From positions 64,001 through 128,000 of IMG/VR virus record IMGVR_UViG_2974637922_000001: DNA of 64,000 bases; one strand, 5' to 3'. Source of the stretch: a virus. Lineage: Duplodnaviria; Caudoviricetes. Shown here in pieces: positions 41,280 through 50,500 of the stretch; the first letter of the stretch is position 1; every line of letters starts with the position of its first letter. The notes below the pieces were generated by a model. That model was not told the origin of the DNA. It did no database searches and saw only the letters and a list, made by a program, of their open reading frames with translations. The translations under genes and the position numbers were made by a program.

Positions 41280-41756
41280 ATGGCAAAGGCTAAATCAGAA
41301 CACTACGTAAACAATAAAGAGTTGCTAGCAGCACTCATCGATTATCGTGATAGGTTGGATATCGCAAGAAGAAGAGATTTACCTAAACCACGTATCAGTA
41401 ACTACGTAGGAGAGTGTTTCCTTAAGATTGCCACTCACCTTTCATACAAACCCAACTTCGTTAACTACATGTTCCGTGAGGACATGATCTCGGATGGTAT
41501 CGAGAACTGCGTACAATACATTCACAACTTTGACCCTAATAAGTCCAGAAACCCCTTTGCCTACTTCACTCAGATCATCCACTATGCTTTTCTGCGTAGG
41601 ATCCAAAGAGAGAAGAGACAACTAGACATCAAGAACAAGATTGTGGAGAAGACTGGTTTTGAGTCTCTGATGACAAGTGACACTAACTTGACAAACGAGT
41701 ATAGGAACGACTATAATGCCATCAGGGAAAACATTATTAACAAACTGAACTCATGA
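41280..41756 (+). CDS. g55: Late transcription sigma factor gp55
   Basis: 'HYVNNKE', 'NYMFREDMISDGIENC', 'NPFAYFTQI...AFLRRI..EK'. Confidence 0.96.
   Translation: MAKAKSEHYVNNKELLAALIDYRDRLDIARRRDLPKPRISNYVGECFLKIATHLSYKPNFVNYMFREDMISDGIENCVQYIHNFDPNKSRNPFAYFTQIIHYAFLRRIQREKRQLDIKNKIVEKTGFESLMTSDTNLTNEYRNDYNAIRENIINKLNS
41688..41717 (+). promoter_or_regulatory. Internal sigma70 promoter TTGACA-N18-TATAAT in the 3' end of g55
   Basis: TTGACA 41688-93 and TATAAT 41712-17; would drive the zinc-finger ORF and g47/g46. Confidence 0.6.
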
Positions 41757-41917
41757 ATCAGTACCCCACATCGTCTGATAATAGAAGGAATGATGCACAT
41801 CAAGAAGGCAGAACAACTTATATTAGTGAATCTGACTGCAAGGAATGTGGGTGTGTAGTCAAACTTGTATGGTCCAATAGGTGTCATTTCTGCACCATCA
41901 ATAAATCAAACTCATAA
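41753..41917 (+). CDS. 54-aa stand-alone zinc-finger protein (not in the ORF track)
   Basis: MNQYPTSSDNRRNDAHQEGRTTYISESDCKECGCVVKLVWSNRCHFCTINKSNS; two CxxC pairs; ATGA overlap with the g55 stop. Confidence 0.6.
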   Translation: MNQYPTSSDNRRNDAHQEGRTTYISESDCKECGCVVKLVWSNRCHFCTINKSNS

Positions 41918-41932
41918 AGGGAACAAACTAGA

Positions 41933-42982
41933 ATGGCATTGATCGCAGTTATCACGGATACTCATTATGGGGCGAGAAAAGGTGCTCAGTATCTTCATGA
42001 TCACTTTGAGAAGTTCTACTCTGAGGTATTCTTCCCCACACTAAAGGAGAGAGGTGTTAAAACCATTCTCCACATGGGTGACGCCTTTGATAGTAGGAAG
42101 TCTATTGGGTTTGAGGTACTCAACTGGGCAAAGAGAGTTGTATTCGATCCTATGGCAGAATACGATGTACATATGATCGTGGGAAATCATGATTGTTATT
42201 ACAAATCTACCAACAGAACTAACTCTCCAGACCTACTACTCAAAGACTACGACAATATCACCACCTATCATAGACCTACAGAGGTAACTCTAGAGGGTAT
42301 GGATACACTCCTACTCCCTTGGATTTGTGATGACAACAGGGAAGAGTCCCTGAAGATGATCAAGTCTTCCAAGTCTAAGTTTGCTGCTGGTCACTTAGAA
42401 CTAGATGGGTTTGAGGCATATAGGGGACATACTTACAGAGATGGTAAGTTGGACAATGGAGTATTCAATAACTTCGATAAAGTATTCTCTGGACACTTCC
42501 ATACTCGTTCAGACAACGGAAAGATCTTCTATGTGGGTAACCCCTATGAGATGTTCTGGAATGATGTAAATGATCCCAGAGGGTTTGTTCTACTGGATAC
42601 TGAAACTCTAGAGGTTGAGTATATCAACAATCCACATACCCTTTTCTCCGTTATCTACTATGAAGATACCAACTATAAACTCTTCAATGCCAAAGAGTAT
42701 GAAGGTAAGATTGTAAAGGTTATTGTCAGAAAGAATACTGACAGGAAACTCTTTGATAAGTTTCTAGACAAACTTATGAAGACCAATATCCTAGACATGA
42801 AGATCGTAGAGAACTTCAATATTCAGGAGGGGGAGGACTTCCAGGTAGAAGATATCGAAGAGAACACCCTATCAATTCTCAACCGATATGTAGATGAAGC
42901 AGACTATGAAGATAGTTCTATTCAGAAAGATGATATTAAGAATCTTATCTCTCAAATCTACCGAGAGGCATGTGAGGTATGA
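41933..42982 (+). CDS. g47: Recombination nuclease gp47 (Mre11/SbcD-like)
   Basis: Metallophosphoesterase motifs 'TDTHYG', 'GDAFD', 'GNHD', 'SGHFH'. Confidence 0.95.
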   Translation: MALIAVITDTHYGARKGAQYLHDHFEKFYSEVFFPTLKERGVKTILHMGDAFDSRKSIGFEVLNWAKRVVFDPMAEYDVHMIVGNHDCYYKSTNRTNSPDLLLKDYDNITTYHRPTEVTLEGMDTLLLPWICDDNREESLKMIKSSKSKFAAGHLELDGFEAYRGHTYRDGKLDNGVFNNFDKVFSGHFHTRSDNGKIFYVGNPYEMFWNDVNDPRGFVLLDTETLEVEYINNPHTLFSVIYYEDTNYKLFNAKEYEGKIVKVIVRKNTDRKLFDKFLDKLMKTNILDMKIVENFNIQEGEDFQVEDIEENTLSILNRYVDEADYEDSSIQKDDIKNLISQIYREACEV

Positions 42983-43272
42983 GAGACGCATGTTATATCA
43001 TTACTGCATCAGAAGCAAAGGGTATGGATGTATACACCATCAAATCTGAGGGTGTGAAGAATGTTCTAATCTTTGAGAAAGGTGAAGACGCTGAGAGGTA
43101 TGTTATAATGTTGAATGAAGATGAAGGATACATTGTGGGTGAAACACTAGAACTGGAAGTTTTTGAGGTTCCACTATCTGCCGTGGTAGAATCCCTGAAC
43201 GAGAAAGGTTATAGTTACATCTATGTGAAACCCGATGACCTGTTTATTCCACCTGATGCCAAGAAAGTTTAA
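42979..43272 (+). CDS. Hypothetical protein (DUF3110-like)
   Basis: 'VLIFE...DAERY..ML', 'DDLFIPP'; between g47 and g46. Confidence 0.65.
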   Translation: MRDACYIITASEAKGMDVYTIKSEGVKNVLIFEKGEDAERYVIMLNEDEGYIVGETLELEVFEVPLSAVVESLNEKGYSYIYVKPDDLFIPPDAKKV

Positions 43273-43274
43273 TT

Positions 43275-45002
43275 ATGTTGTTGTTTAAGAAACTAAGATG
43301 GCAGAACTTCCTATCCACTGGAGACAAGGGTATTGAAGTTGATTTCCTAATGAACAATACCAATCTTATCATTGGTAGTAATGGTGCTGGTAAGAGTACC
43401 CTTTTGGATGCTCTTACCTTTGTTCTATTCAATAAGCCATTCAGGAAGATCACCAAACCTCAACTAGTTAATAGTATCACTGAGAAGAGGTGTGTAGTTG
43501 AGATTGAGTTTGAAACAAACAATAAGAGTTACTTGGTTCGCCGTGGAATCAAACCTAATGTATTTGATATCGTAGTAGATGGGAAACTATTAGACAAGCG
43601 TGGTGATGACAGGGATAACCAGAAACTATTAGAAGAGAATATTCTTAAGGTTAATTATAAATCATTCACTCAGGTGATTATCCTTGGGGCATCTACTTTC
43701 GTCCCCTTTATGCAACTCACTGCCTCCAATCGTAGAGATGTGATTGAGGATCTACTAGACATCCGTGTATTTAGTCAGATGTCAGGTATCGTCAAGGATC
43801 GTATCAGGCAACTCCGTGAAGATATCAAGATTCTAGATCTCAAGAGGGGATCTCTTAGAGATAAGTCTGAGATGCAGAAGAACTTTATCAATGAGATTAC
43901 TAAGAAGGGTGAGAGTAATATTGAATCCAAAGGAGAGAAGATCAAGACTCTATTGTTTGAGAAGCAAACTCTAGAAACCGAGAATATCACAACTCTAACT
44001 AAACTGAAAGAACTTCAGGATGAGTTGGAGGGACTAGAGGATGCTTCTGATAAACTACGTAAGTTGGGTAGTCTAAGGGGTAAGATTTCCCAGAAGATTA
44101 CTACACTCACTAAGGAACACAAGTTCTTCAAAGACAATGCTTCCTGTCCTACCTGTACTCAGGATATTGATGAAGAGTTTCGTAGTGTCAGACTAAGTGA
44201 GTTGGGTGACAAAGCAAAGGAGATGAACAAAGGGTTTAAAGAACTAGAAGATACTATTGAACGAGAAGAGAACCGAGAGAATGAGTTTAAGAGTATCTCC
44301 AAACAGATTCTAGAACTCAACACCCAGGTAAGTACCAATAATACAAAGAACACCAGTATCAGTATGAATATTGGTGATCTCGAAAGTGAGATTGGATCTA
44401 TCAGGCACTCCATTGATAACCAAACAGAGGAGAAAGAGAAACTAGATCGTTTTCAAGATGACCTGAGTCGAGTATTTGATACCCTCTCCACTAGAAACTC
44501 TGAGATGGATAACAATAAGTTTGTCTATGAGTTACTGAAAGATGGTGGAGTGAAGACTAATATCATCCGCAAGTACATCCCCTTCATCAACAAACAGGTG
44601 AATAGGTATCTCCAGATGATGGAGTTCTATATTAACTTCGAGTTAGATGAAGAGTTTAATGAGACTGTAGTATCACCTATTCATGAGAACTTCTCATACT
44701 CTTCCTTCTCTGAGGGTGAGAAGATGAGAATTGACTTGGCACTTCTATTCACCTGGAGAGAAGTTGCTAGGGTTAGAAACTCTGTGAATACAAACCTCCT
44801 AATTATGGATGAGGTGTTTGATAGTTCTCTAGATGGTTTTGGAACAGAAGAGTTCCTCAAAATCATCAGATATGTTGTCCAAGATGCTAATGTATTCATA
44901 ATTAGTCACAAACAAGAACTCCACGAACGTTTCGATAGTGTTCTACGATTTGAAAAGGATAGAGGGTTCTCCAAACTAACTCTAAATAAAACAAACGATT
45001 AA
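43275..45002 (+). CDS. g46: Recombination ATPase gp46 (Rad50/SbcC-like)
   Basis: 'GSNGAGKST', Zn-hook 'CPTC', 'FSEGEK', 'MDEVFDSSLD', 'ISH'. Confidence 0.96.
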   Translation: MLLFKKLRWQNFLSTGDKGIEVDFLMNNTNLIIGSNGAGKSTLLDALTFVLFNKPFRKITKPQLVNSITEKRCVVEIEFETNNKSYLVRRGIKPNVFDIVVDGKLLDKRGDDRDNQKLLEENILKVNYKSFTQVIILGASTFVPFMQLTASNRRDVIEDLLDIRVFSQMSGIVKDRIRQLREDIKILDLKRGSLRDKSEMQKNFINEITKKGESNIESKGEKIKTLLFEKQTLETENITTLTKLKELQDELEGLEDASDKLRKLGSLRGKISQKITTLTKEHKFFKDNASCPTCTQDIDEEFRSVRLSELGDKAKEMNKGFKELEDTIEREENRENEFKSISKQILELNTQVSTNNTKNTSISMNIGDLESEIGSIRHSIDNQTEEKEKLDRFQDDLSRVFDTLSTRNSEMDNNKFVYELLKDGGVKTNIIRKYIPFINKQVNRYLQMMEFYINFELDEEFNETVVSPIHENFSYSSFSEGEKMRIDLALLFTWREVARVRNSVNTNLLIMDEVFDSSLDGFGTEEFLKIIRYVVQDANVFIISHKQELHERFDSVLRFEKDRGFSKLTLNKTND

Positions 45003-45007
45003 ATCTT

Positions 45008-45136
45008 ATGAAAAGGTTCTTGTTATTTGGTGCTATATTCGCACTAGTTGGTGCTGGACTATCACATGGTCAGTTTCACCTCTACAACTCTTCTGTTCCA
45101 CATGTTCATGAAAATGGAGTAATTCATTCACACTAA
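45008..45136 (+). CDS. 42-aa secreted/membrane-anchored His-rich peptide (not in the ORF track)
   Basis: MKRFLLFGAIFALVGAGLSHGQFHLYNSSVPHVHENGVIHSH; CTAAATA late-type box at 44982-88. Confidence 0.6.
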   Translation: MKRFLLFGAIFALVGAGLSHGQFHLYNSSVPHVHENGVIHSH

Positions 45137-45140
45137 TATT

Positions 45141-45863
45141 ATGCAAGGTCTAGATCTAGTTATTGAATACCCAAACGTATTTCCCGATGATCTATGTGAT
45201 GAGATGATCGAGAGGTTTGAGGAGGATGATAGGAAAAGTAAGGGACATAACGGCTCCTTTGGACCTGAATTTACAACAGATAAGGTATCAATAGACCTAT
45301 ACTATACAGGACTACCCGAATGGGTTGATATTGATACTAAATCATTTGAGTTAATAACACCCTATGTTGCGGAATATGTGAATTTATTGAGTGATAACTT
45401 CCACATGAAGGAAACTGCTTTTATAAATGACCAGGGATATCAGATACAGAGAACTGATCCTGGTGGTTTCTTTAGTTGGCACTGTGACCATACTTCATAT
45501 CCAATACTAGACCAACGCCTTATCAATACGCAGGGTGGTGATTCATATTGTATTCGTGATAGGATAGCTACCTATATCATATACTTAAATGACAGAACTG
45601 GACTATCTGATGGAGTTACAGAGTTTGGGTTTGGTGATAACTTGAAGACAGTCACTGCAGAAAAAGGAAAACTCATCATGTTTCCTGCTAACATTTTATA
45701 TCCACATAGGGGAACTACCCTGGAAAACGGAGTAAAATACTTAATGACAGGTTGGGTAGTCCGTGACGCAGTGATGAGATCTGAAATTTCACCACAAGAT
45801 TATGAAGAAAGGTTTGAGAGATACGAGAGGATGCCCTATCTCACTCCAGTGGACAATCGATAA
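45141..45863 (+). CDS. 2OG-Fe(II) oxygenase
   Basis: 'WHCD', 'TYIIYLND', 'HRG', 'KY..TGW'. Confidence 0.85.
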   Translation: MQGLDLVIEYPNVFPDDLCDEMIERFEEDDRKSKGHNGSFGPEFTTDKVSIDLYYTGLPEWVDIDTKSFELITPYVAEYVNLLSDNFHMKETAFINDQGYQIQRTDPGGFFSWHCDHTSYPILDQRLINTQGGDSYCIRDRIATYIIYLNDRTGLSDGVTEFGFGDNLKTVTAEKGKLIMFPANILYPHRGTTLENGVKYLMTGWVVRDAVMRSEISPQDYEERFERYERMPYLTPVDNR

Positions 45864-45907
45864 ACTGTCCACCCCCACCAGTCATGGGGGTTTTTCTATG
45901 CCATAAT
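45849..45907 (+). promoter_or_regulatory. Early-type promoter with an upstream palindrome and a terminator-like hairpin
   Basis: GTGGACA-N10-TGTCCAC (45849-72); ACCCCCA/TGGGGGT+T; TGcCATAAT (45899-45907). Confidence 0.6.
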
Positions 45908-45931
45908 AGGTTCATACCAAGGGAAACACCT

Positions 45932-48076
45932 ATGATCAACCTAGAAGTCAAAGGACAACTAGCGAAGCTCCTAGCAACTGAGGATCTTATTGTGGAACAC
46001 CGCAATGTAGATACTGCGATGTTCAATGTGGATACTCGCGTCCTGACTCTTCCTAGGTGGGATAAAGCAAGTAATACCGTATTTGATCTTCTAATCTCAC
46101 ATGAGGTTGGCCACGCTCTCTTCACTCCTAATGAAGACTGGACTGCTAAGGTATCCTGTCCAAAGATGTTTGTGAATGTAACTGAAGATGCTCGTATTGA
46201 GTCTCTGATGAAGCGTAGGTTTGGTGGACTACCCAAGACTTTCTATAACGGATATAAAGAGTTATACAATGAAGACTTCTTTGGTATTGGTGATGAAGAT
46301 CCATCTGGTATGCAGATTGCAGATAGGGTAAACCTACACTTCAAAGTTGGCAACTTTATCAAGATCCCCTTCACTAAAGAGGAACAGGTTGTTGTTGATC
46401 AGATTGCTAGTGCAAAGACTTTCAAAGACGCATTAGAATCCGCTGAAGCGTTATACGCCCTTCATAAAATAGAGAAAGAAGAGAAGGAGAAAGAGGTGGT
46501 GGCACCAATATCAGGTGATGATGGTGGCGGTGAATCTGATCAAGAAGATACAGATGGTGAGGAAGAAACAATCCAAACAGAAACTGATAGTGGGGTTGAG
46601 GGTGGAGATAATACTGATGATGAACCAGGAGATTCTGAATCTAATACAGAAGACACAGTAGATAGTTCTGGTGGTGGAGATCAGAGTGATATAGATGATG
46701 ACATAGTGAAGACTATGGAGAATGTGGAGGATAAACTAAAAGATCTAACCAACCCAAACCTCAGTGGTGAACCAATATATCTTACCCACCCTAAGATTGA
46801 TTTGGATAAAGTTGTTATTTCCAATGAAACAGTTCACGAACGCATTGCCAGACACTGGAATATTCGTTTGTCACTACTCAAAACTGAGGATGAATCGAAA
46901 CTAAAGGAAGTTGAATACTTTATCCATAGGGATTATGGTAGACATGAAGAAAGTTTCAGGAAGTTTAGGAAAGATATTCAACCTGAAGTTAACTATATGG
47001 TGAAAGAGTTTGAGTGTAAGAAGTCCGCAGATGCATACTCACGAGCAACAGTTTCTAAGACTGGTGTTCTGGATTGCACCAAACTACATACTTACAGATA
47101 CAATGAAGATCTGTTCAGGAAAGTTACCACTCTCCCTGAAGGTAAGAACCATGGTTTGATATTTGTTCTTGACTGGAGTGGTTCCATGTGTGAGGTTCTT
47201 TCCAACACTGTGAAGCAACTCCTATCACTGGTTATGTTCTGTGATAAAGTTGGTATTCCTTTTGATGTGTATACCTTCACCAATGACTACAACAAATATG
47301 ATCCATATGCTCCCAGAGAACTTGGGGAGGTGAATACCTTTGATCTAGGTGGCAATTTCAATATGGTGAATATTCTAACCAGTAAGGTTAACCGTAAGAC
47401 TCTAACCAAACAGATGGAGAGAATCTATATGATTGCCGAAATGTTTACCTATGGTAACTATGGATGTGTTCCTGATTGTATGTGCCTCTCAGGAACTCCC
47501 CTGAATGAAGCTATCCTTACTCTTCACTCAATTCTCCCTAAGTTCCAGAGTGAAAACAATGTTCAGAAAACACATATTATCATTCTTACTGATGGTGAAG
47601 CGGGTGGTTCTAGATGTGTAAAGGAAAATAACCAGGAAGGTGGACGTGGTAAGTATGTTAGTCGTTTTGTTGGTAACCATACTTACCTCCGTAATAGGAA
47701 AACAGGTGTAACTCGTAAGATTGAAACCTTTGGTGTTACTAAAGACCTATTAGAAGATCTCCGTGAAACCTTCCCCCACAGCACTTTCACCGGGTTTCGT
47801 ATTCTAGAAATTGGTGGTAGTTGGTTTGTTCGTCAGGCTGTTGGTTATGATCAACAGAAACTAACAGAATGGAAAAAGAACAAATCAATTTGTTTAGAAA
47901 ACCAAGGTTATAATAAATACTTTGTTATACAATCAAACAAACTCAAGTATGATACTGAGTTTGATGTTGATGAAGGAGCTACAAAGGCGAAGATCAAATC
48001 CTCATTCGCCAAGTCCCTTAAAGGGAAGAAGAACAACAAACGTATCCTAGGTGATTTTATTGGAATGATCGCCTGA
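45932..48076 (+). CDS. Metallopeptidase-like/vWA (CobT-like) protein; start corrected to ATG 45932
   Basis: 'HEVGHAL' + 'NVTEDARIE'; acidic linker; MIDAS 'DWSGSM', 'GTPL', 'LTDGE'; the track start lies upstream of the promoter. Confidence 0.8.
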   Translation: MINLEVKGQLAKLLATEDLIVEHRNVDTAMFNVDTRVLTLPRWDKASNTVFDLLISHEVGHALFTPNEDWTAKVSCPKMFVNVTEDARIESLMKRRFGGLPKTFYNGYKELYNEDFFGIGDEDPSGMQIADRVNLHFKVGNFIKIPFTKEEQVVVDQIASAKTFKDALESAEALYALHKIEKEEKEKEVVAPISGDDGGGESDQEDTDGEEETIQTETDSGVEGGDNTDDEPGDSESNTEDTVDSSGGGDQSDIDDDIVKTMENVEDKLKDLTNPNLSGEPIYLTHPKIDLDKVVISNETVHERIARHWNIRLSLLKTEDESKLKEVEYFIHRDYGRHEESFRKFRKDIQPEVNYMVKEFECKKSADAYSRATVSKTGVLDCTKLHTYRYNEDLFRKVTTLPEGKNHGLIFVLDWSGSMCEVLSNTVKQLLSLVMFCDKVGIPFDVYTFTNDYNKYDPYAPRELGEVNTFDLGGNFNMVNILTSKVNRKTLTKQMERIYMIAEMFTYGNYGCVPDCMCLSGTPLNEAILTLHSILPKFQSENNVQKTHIIILTDGEAGGSRCVKENNQEGGRGKYVSRFVGNHTYLRNRKTGVTRKIETFGVTKDLLEDLRETFPHSTFTGFRILEIGGSWFVRQAVGYDQQKLTEWKKNKSICLENQGYNKYFVIQSNKLKYDTEFDVDEGATKAKIKSSFAKSLKGKKNNKRILGDFIGMIA

Positions 48077-48136
48077 TGTGACACTCCACAAACTGGCACA
48101 ATGGGGGGTTGCAGGAATCCCCTTCCCGTGTATAAT
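48077..48136 (+). promoter_or_regulatory. Early-type promoter with an upstream palindrome
   Basis: TGTGACA-N10-TGGCACA (48077-48100), TTGCAG (48109-14), TATAAT (48131-36). Confidence 0.6.
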
Positions 48137-48169
48137 AGTTGTATACCAAACAAGGAAACCACAAACTCA

Positions 48170-49303
48170 ATGGCCCGACTCGCTATGACAACTGATCAAA
48201 TTGTTGAGAAACTGAAAGAGACCTATGGTGAGAACGTAACTACAGCTGAACTCAAAGCCTTCTGTGCTATGAATGATTGTGGTTACCCTACAGTCACTCG
48301 TCGATTGGAAGAATATAAGTCTGGTCGTGGTCGTTGGAATCTAACCCTAAACGAGAAGTTGGAACAAACCTATCAAGGACCATCTGGTGTCCCTGCTGTT
48401 ATGGATATTTCAGAAACAAACCTTGTTCCAGACAAAGATAGTAACTTTGTTTCATTCGGTAACTTCACTGATTTGAAACAAGTCATCAAGTCTGGTATCT
48501 TCTATCCTACCTTTATCACTGGTTTATCTGGTAACGGAAAAACCTTTGGTGTAGAACAAGCTTGTGCTCAACTTGGTAGGGAACTGATTCGAGTAAATAT
48601 TACAATTGAAACCGATGAAGACGATCTTATTGGTGGTTTCCGTCTCATTGATGGTGCTACTGTTTGGCATAATGGTCCAGTCATCGAGGCTCTGGAACGG
48701 GGAGCTGTTCTTCTTCTAGATGAGATTGATCTGGCTTCTAACAAGATTCTTTGTCTTCAATCTATCCTAGAAGGTAAGGGAGTATTCCTCAAGAAGATTG
48801 GTAAGTTTGTGAGACCTACCAATGGGTTCAACGTGATTGCAACCGCAAACACAAAAGGTAAGGGTTCTGACGATGGTAGGTTTATTGGAACTAATGTTCT
48901 GAATGAAGCATTCCTAGAACGTTTCCCTGTAACCTTTGAGCAGGAATATCCAGTAGCATCAGTAGAAACTAAACTCCTGAAGAAGTATGCTTCTTCATTG
49001 GGTATCGTAGATGATAAGTTTTGTAAGTATCTGGCAGACTGGGGTGATATCATCCGTAAAACATTCTATGATGGTGGTGTAGATGAGGTTATCTCCACAC
49101 GACGTTTGGTTCACATCCTTCGAGCATACAGTATCTTTGATGACAAATCAAAGGCAGTTGCTATCTGTCTAAACAGGTTTGATGATGAAACCAAACAAGC
49201 CTTTATGGATCTTTACGACAAGATTGACAACGAAGTCACCTTTCAATTTGGTGAAGGTACAGATAACGTTCAGTACTCTGAAACACCAGATACAAACTTC
49301 TAA
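48170..49303 (+). CDS. cobS: MoxR-family AAA+ ATPase (usually annotated CobS); start corrected to ATG 48170
   Basis: 'GLSGNGKT', 'LLLDEID', 'TANTKGKG', 'NEAFLERF', 'ISTRRL'. Confidence 0.85.
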   Translation: MARLAMTTDQIVEKLKETYGENVTTAELKAFCAMNDCGYPTVTRRLEEYKSGRGRWNLTLNEKLEQTYQGPSGVPAVMDISETNLVPDKDSNFVSFGNFTDLKQVIKSGIFYPTFITGLSGNGKTFGVEQACAQLGRELIRVNITIETDEDDLIGGFRLIDGATVWHNGPVIEALERGAVLLLDEIDLASNKILCLQSILEGKGVFLKKIGKFVRPTNGFNVIATANTKGKGSDDGRFIGTNVLNEAFLERFPVTFEQEYPVASVETKLLKKYASSLGIVDDKFCKYLADWGDIIRKTFYDGGVDEVISTRRLVHILRAYSIFDDKSKAVAICLNRFDDETKQAFMDLYDKIDNEVTFQFGEGTDNVQYSETPDTNF

Positions 49304-49744
49304 ATGATTTATCCTACTATGAACTCCTGGTCTATGTTATTCGATGAAATTGGTGAAATCAATTTTGATGACTCCGAATACACTGAAGACGTTATTATTC
49401 AACCCAACACTATGAAAGAAACAACTAAAGACGAAACATTCTGGAGGTATGATGAGGGTAAAATTCTCCGTGAAGTAGAAGCTTACCTCTCAAGTACATA
49501 CAAAGGTCACTACGTTGGGGGTGAAACCAAAATCCAAACTCTAGATCTTATTGATTCTATTGGTGATTCTGAATCATTCTGTAGATCTAACGCAATCAAA
49601 TACCTCTCTAGGTTTGGGAAGAAGGAGGGCAAAAACCAGAAGGATCTCCTAAAGGTTATTCACTATGCCATCCTCCTTTACCACTTCGCAGGACTACCCT
49701 TCACAGAAGATGCTGTGGAAACTCACTCGCCTACTGGGCGTTAA
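49304..49744 (+). CDS. DUF3310-like protein (putative nucleotide kinase family)
   Basis: 'HY......QTLDLI', 'FC..NAIKYL.R.GKK.G...DLLK..HY'. Confidence 0.65.
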   Translation: MIYPTMNSWSMLFDEIGEINFDDSEYTEDVIIQPNTMKETTKDETFWRYDEGKILREVEAYLSSTYKGHYVGGETKIQTLDLIDSIGDSESFCRSNAIKYLSRFGKKEGKNQKDLLKVIHYAILLYHFAGLPFTEDAVETHSPTGR

Positions 49745-49800
49745 CCCATATCTGTGGTATAATACACAGGAAACCATCTCATCCTTTATCTTTTATATTA

Positions 49801-50469
49801 ATGAAACTATCTGACGAAACTATTGCAGTGTTGAAGAACTTCTCTTCTATCAACCAGAGCATCATTGTTGGTGAGGGTAACACCCTAAGAACTATTTCTG
49901 TCATGAAAAACATATTGGCAGAAGCAACAGTCTCTGAGAACTTTGAGAAGTCCTTTGCTATCTACGACCTCAATGAGTTTCTAAATGGTTTATCACTTCA
50001 TGACAACTACGCATTGGATTTCACCAATGATACATTCGTTGTTATCCGTGAAGGTCGTCGCCGTGTGAACTATCACTTCGCAGACCCTGAAGTTATTGTT
50101 GCTCCACCTGATAAGCAACTCCAACTTCCCTCTGAGGATGTATGTTTCCAATTGGATCACAGCCAACTCCTACAACTAGTGAAAGCTGCTTCTATCTACA
50201 AACTCCCTGATCTATCTGTTGTTGGTGAGAATGGTACTATCTCCCTAGTTGTTCGTGATAAGAAGAACGACTCATCCAATGTGTATTCTGTGGATGTTGG
50301 TGAGACTACCGATGACTTCACCTTCAACTTCAAGGTTGAGAATACTAACAAGATTCTCGCTGGTAACTATGATGTAGTTATCTCCCAGAAACTACTCGCC
50401 AAGTTCACTGGACAGAAGAACAATGTTGAGTATTTTATCGCTTTAGAACCAGACAGCACCTTTGGGTGA
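49801..50469 (+). CDS. g45: Sliding clamp gp45
   Basis: 'MKLS..T...LKNFS.INQSI', 'IYDLNEFL', 'YFIALEPDS'; TGgTATAAT at 49755-63. Confidence 0.95.
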   Translation: MKLSDETIAVLKNFSSINQSIIVGEGNTLRTISVMKNILAEATVSENFEKSFAIYDLNEFLNGLSLHDNYALDFTNDTFVVIREGRRRVNYHFADPEVIVAPPDKQLQLPSEDVCFQLDHSQLLQLVKAASIYKLPDLSVVGENGTISLVVRDKKNDSSNVYSVDVGETTDDFTFNFKVENTNKILAGNYDVVISQKLLAKFTGQKNNVEYFIALEPDSTFG

Positions 50470-50475
50470 TATTAT

Positions 50476-50500
50476 GGGAGGGTAACACCTCCCTTTTTTT
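50476..50500 (+). terminator. Terminator after g45
   Basis: GGGAGG-GTAACA-CCTCCC plus T7. Confidence 0.75.

Noticed and set aside
45884-45931. Track start for the peptidase-vWA gene (and likewise 48101 for the AAA+ gene)
   Set aside because: Both lie upstream of or within the predicted promoters; downstream ATGs at 45932 and 48170 fit better.
48170-49303. Cobalamin biosynthesis as an auxiliary metabolic function
   Set aside because: Only the MoxR-type ATPase and a vWA partner are present; no pathway genes accompany them.
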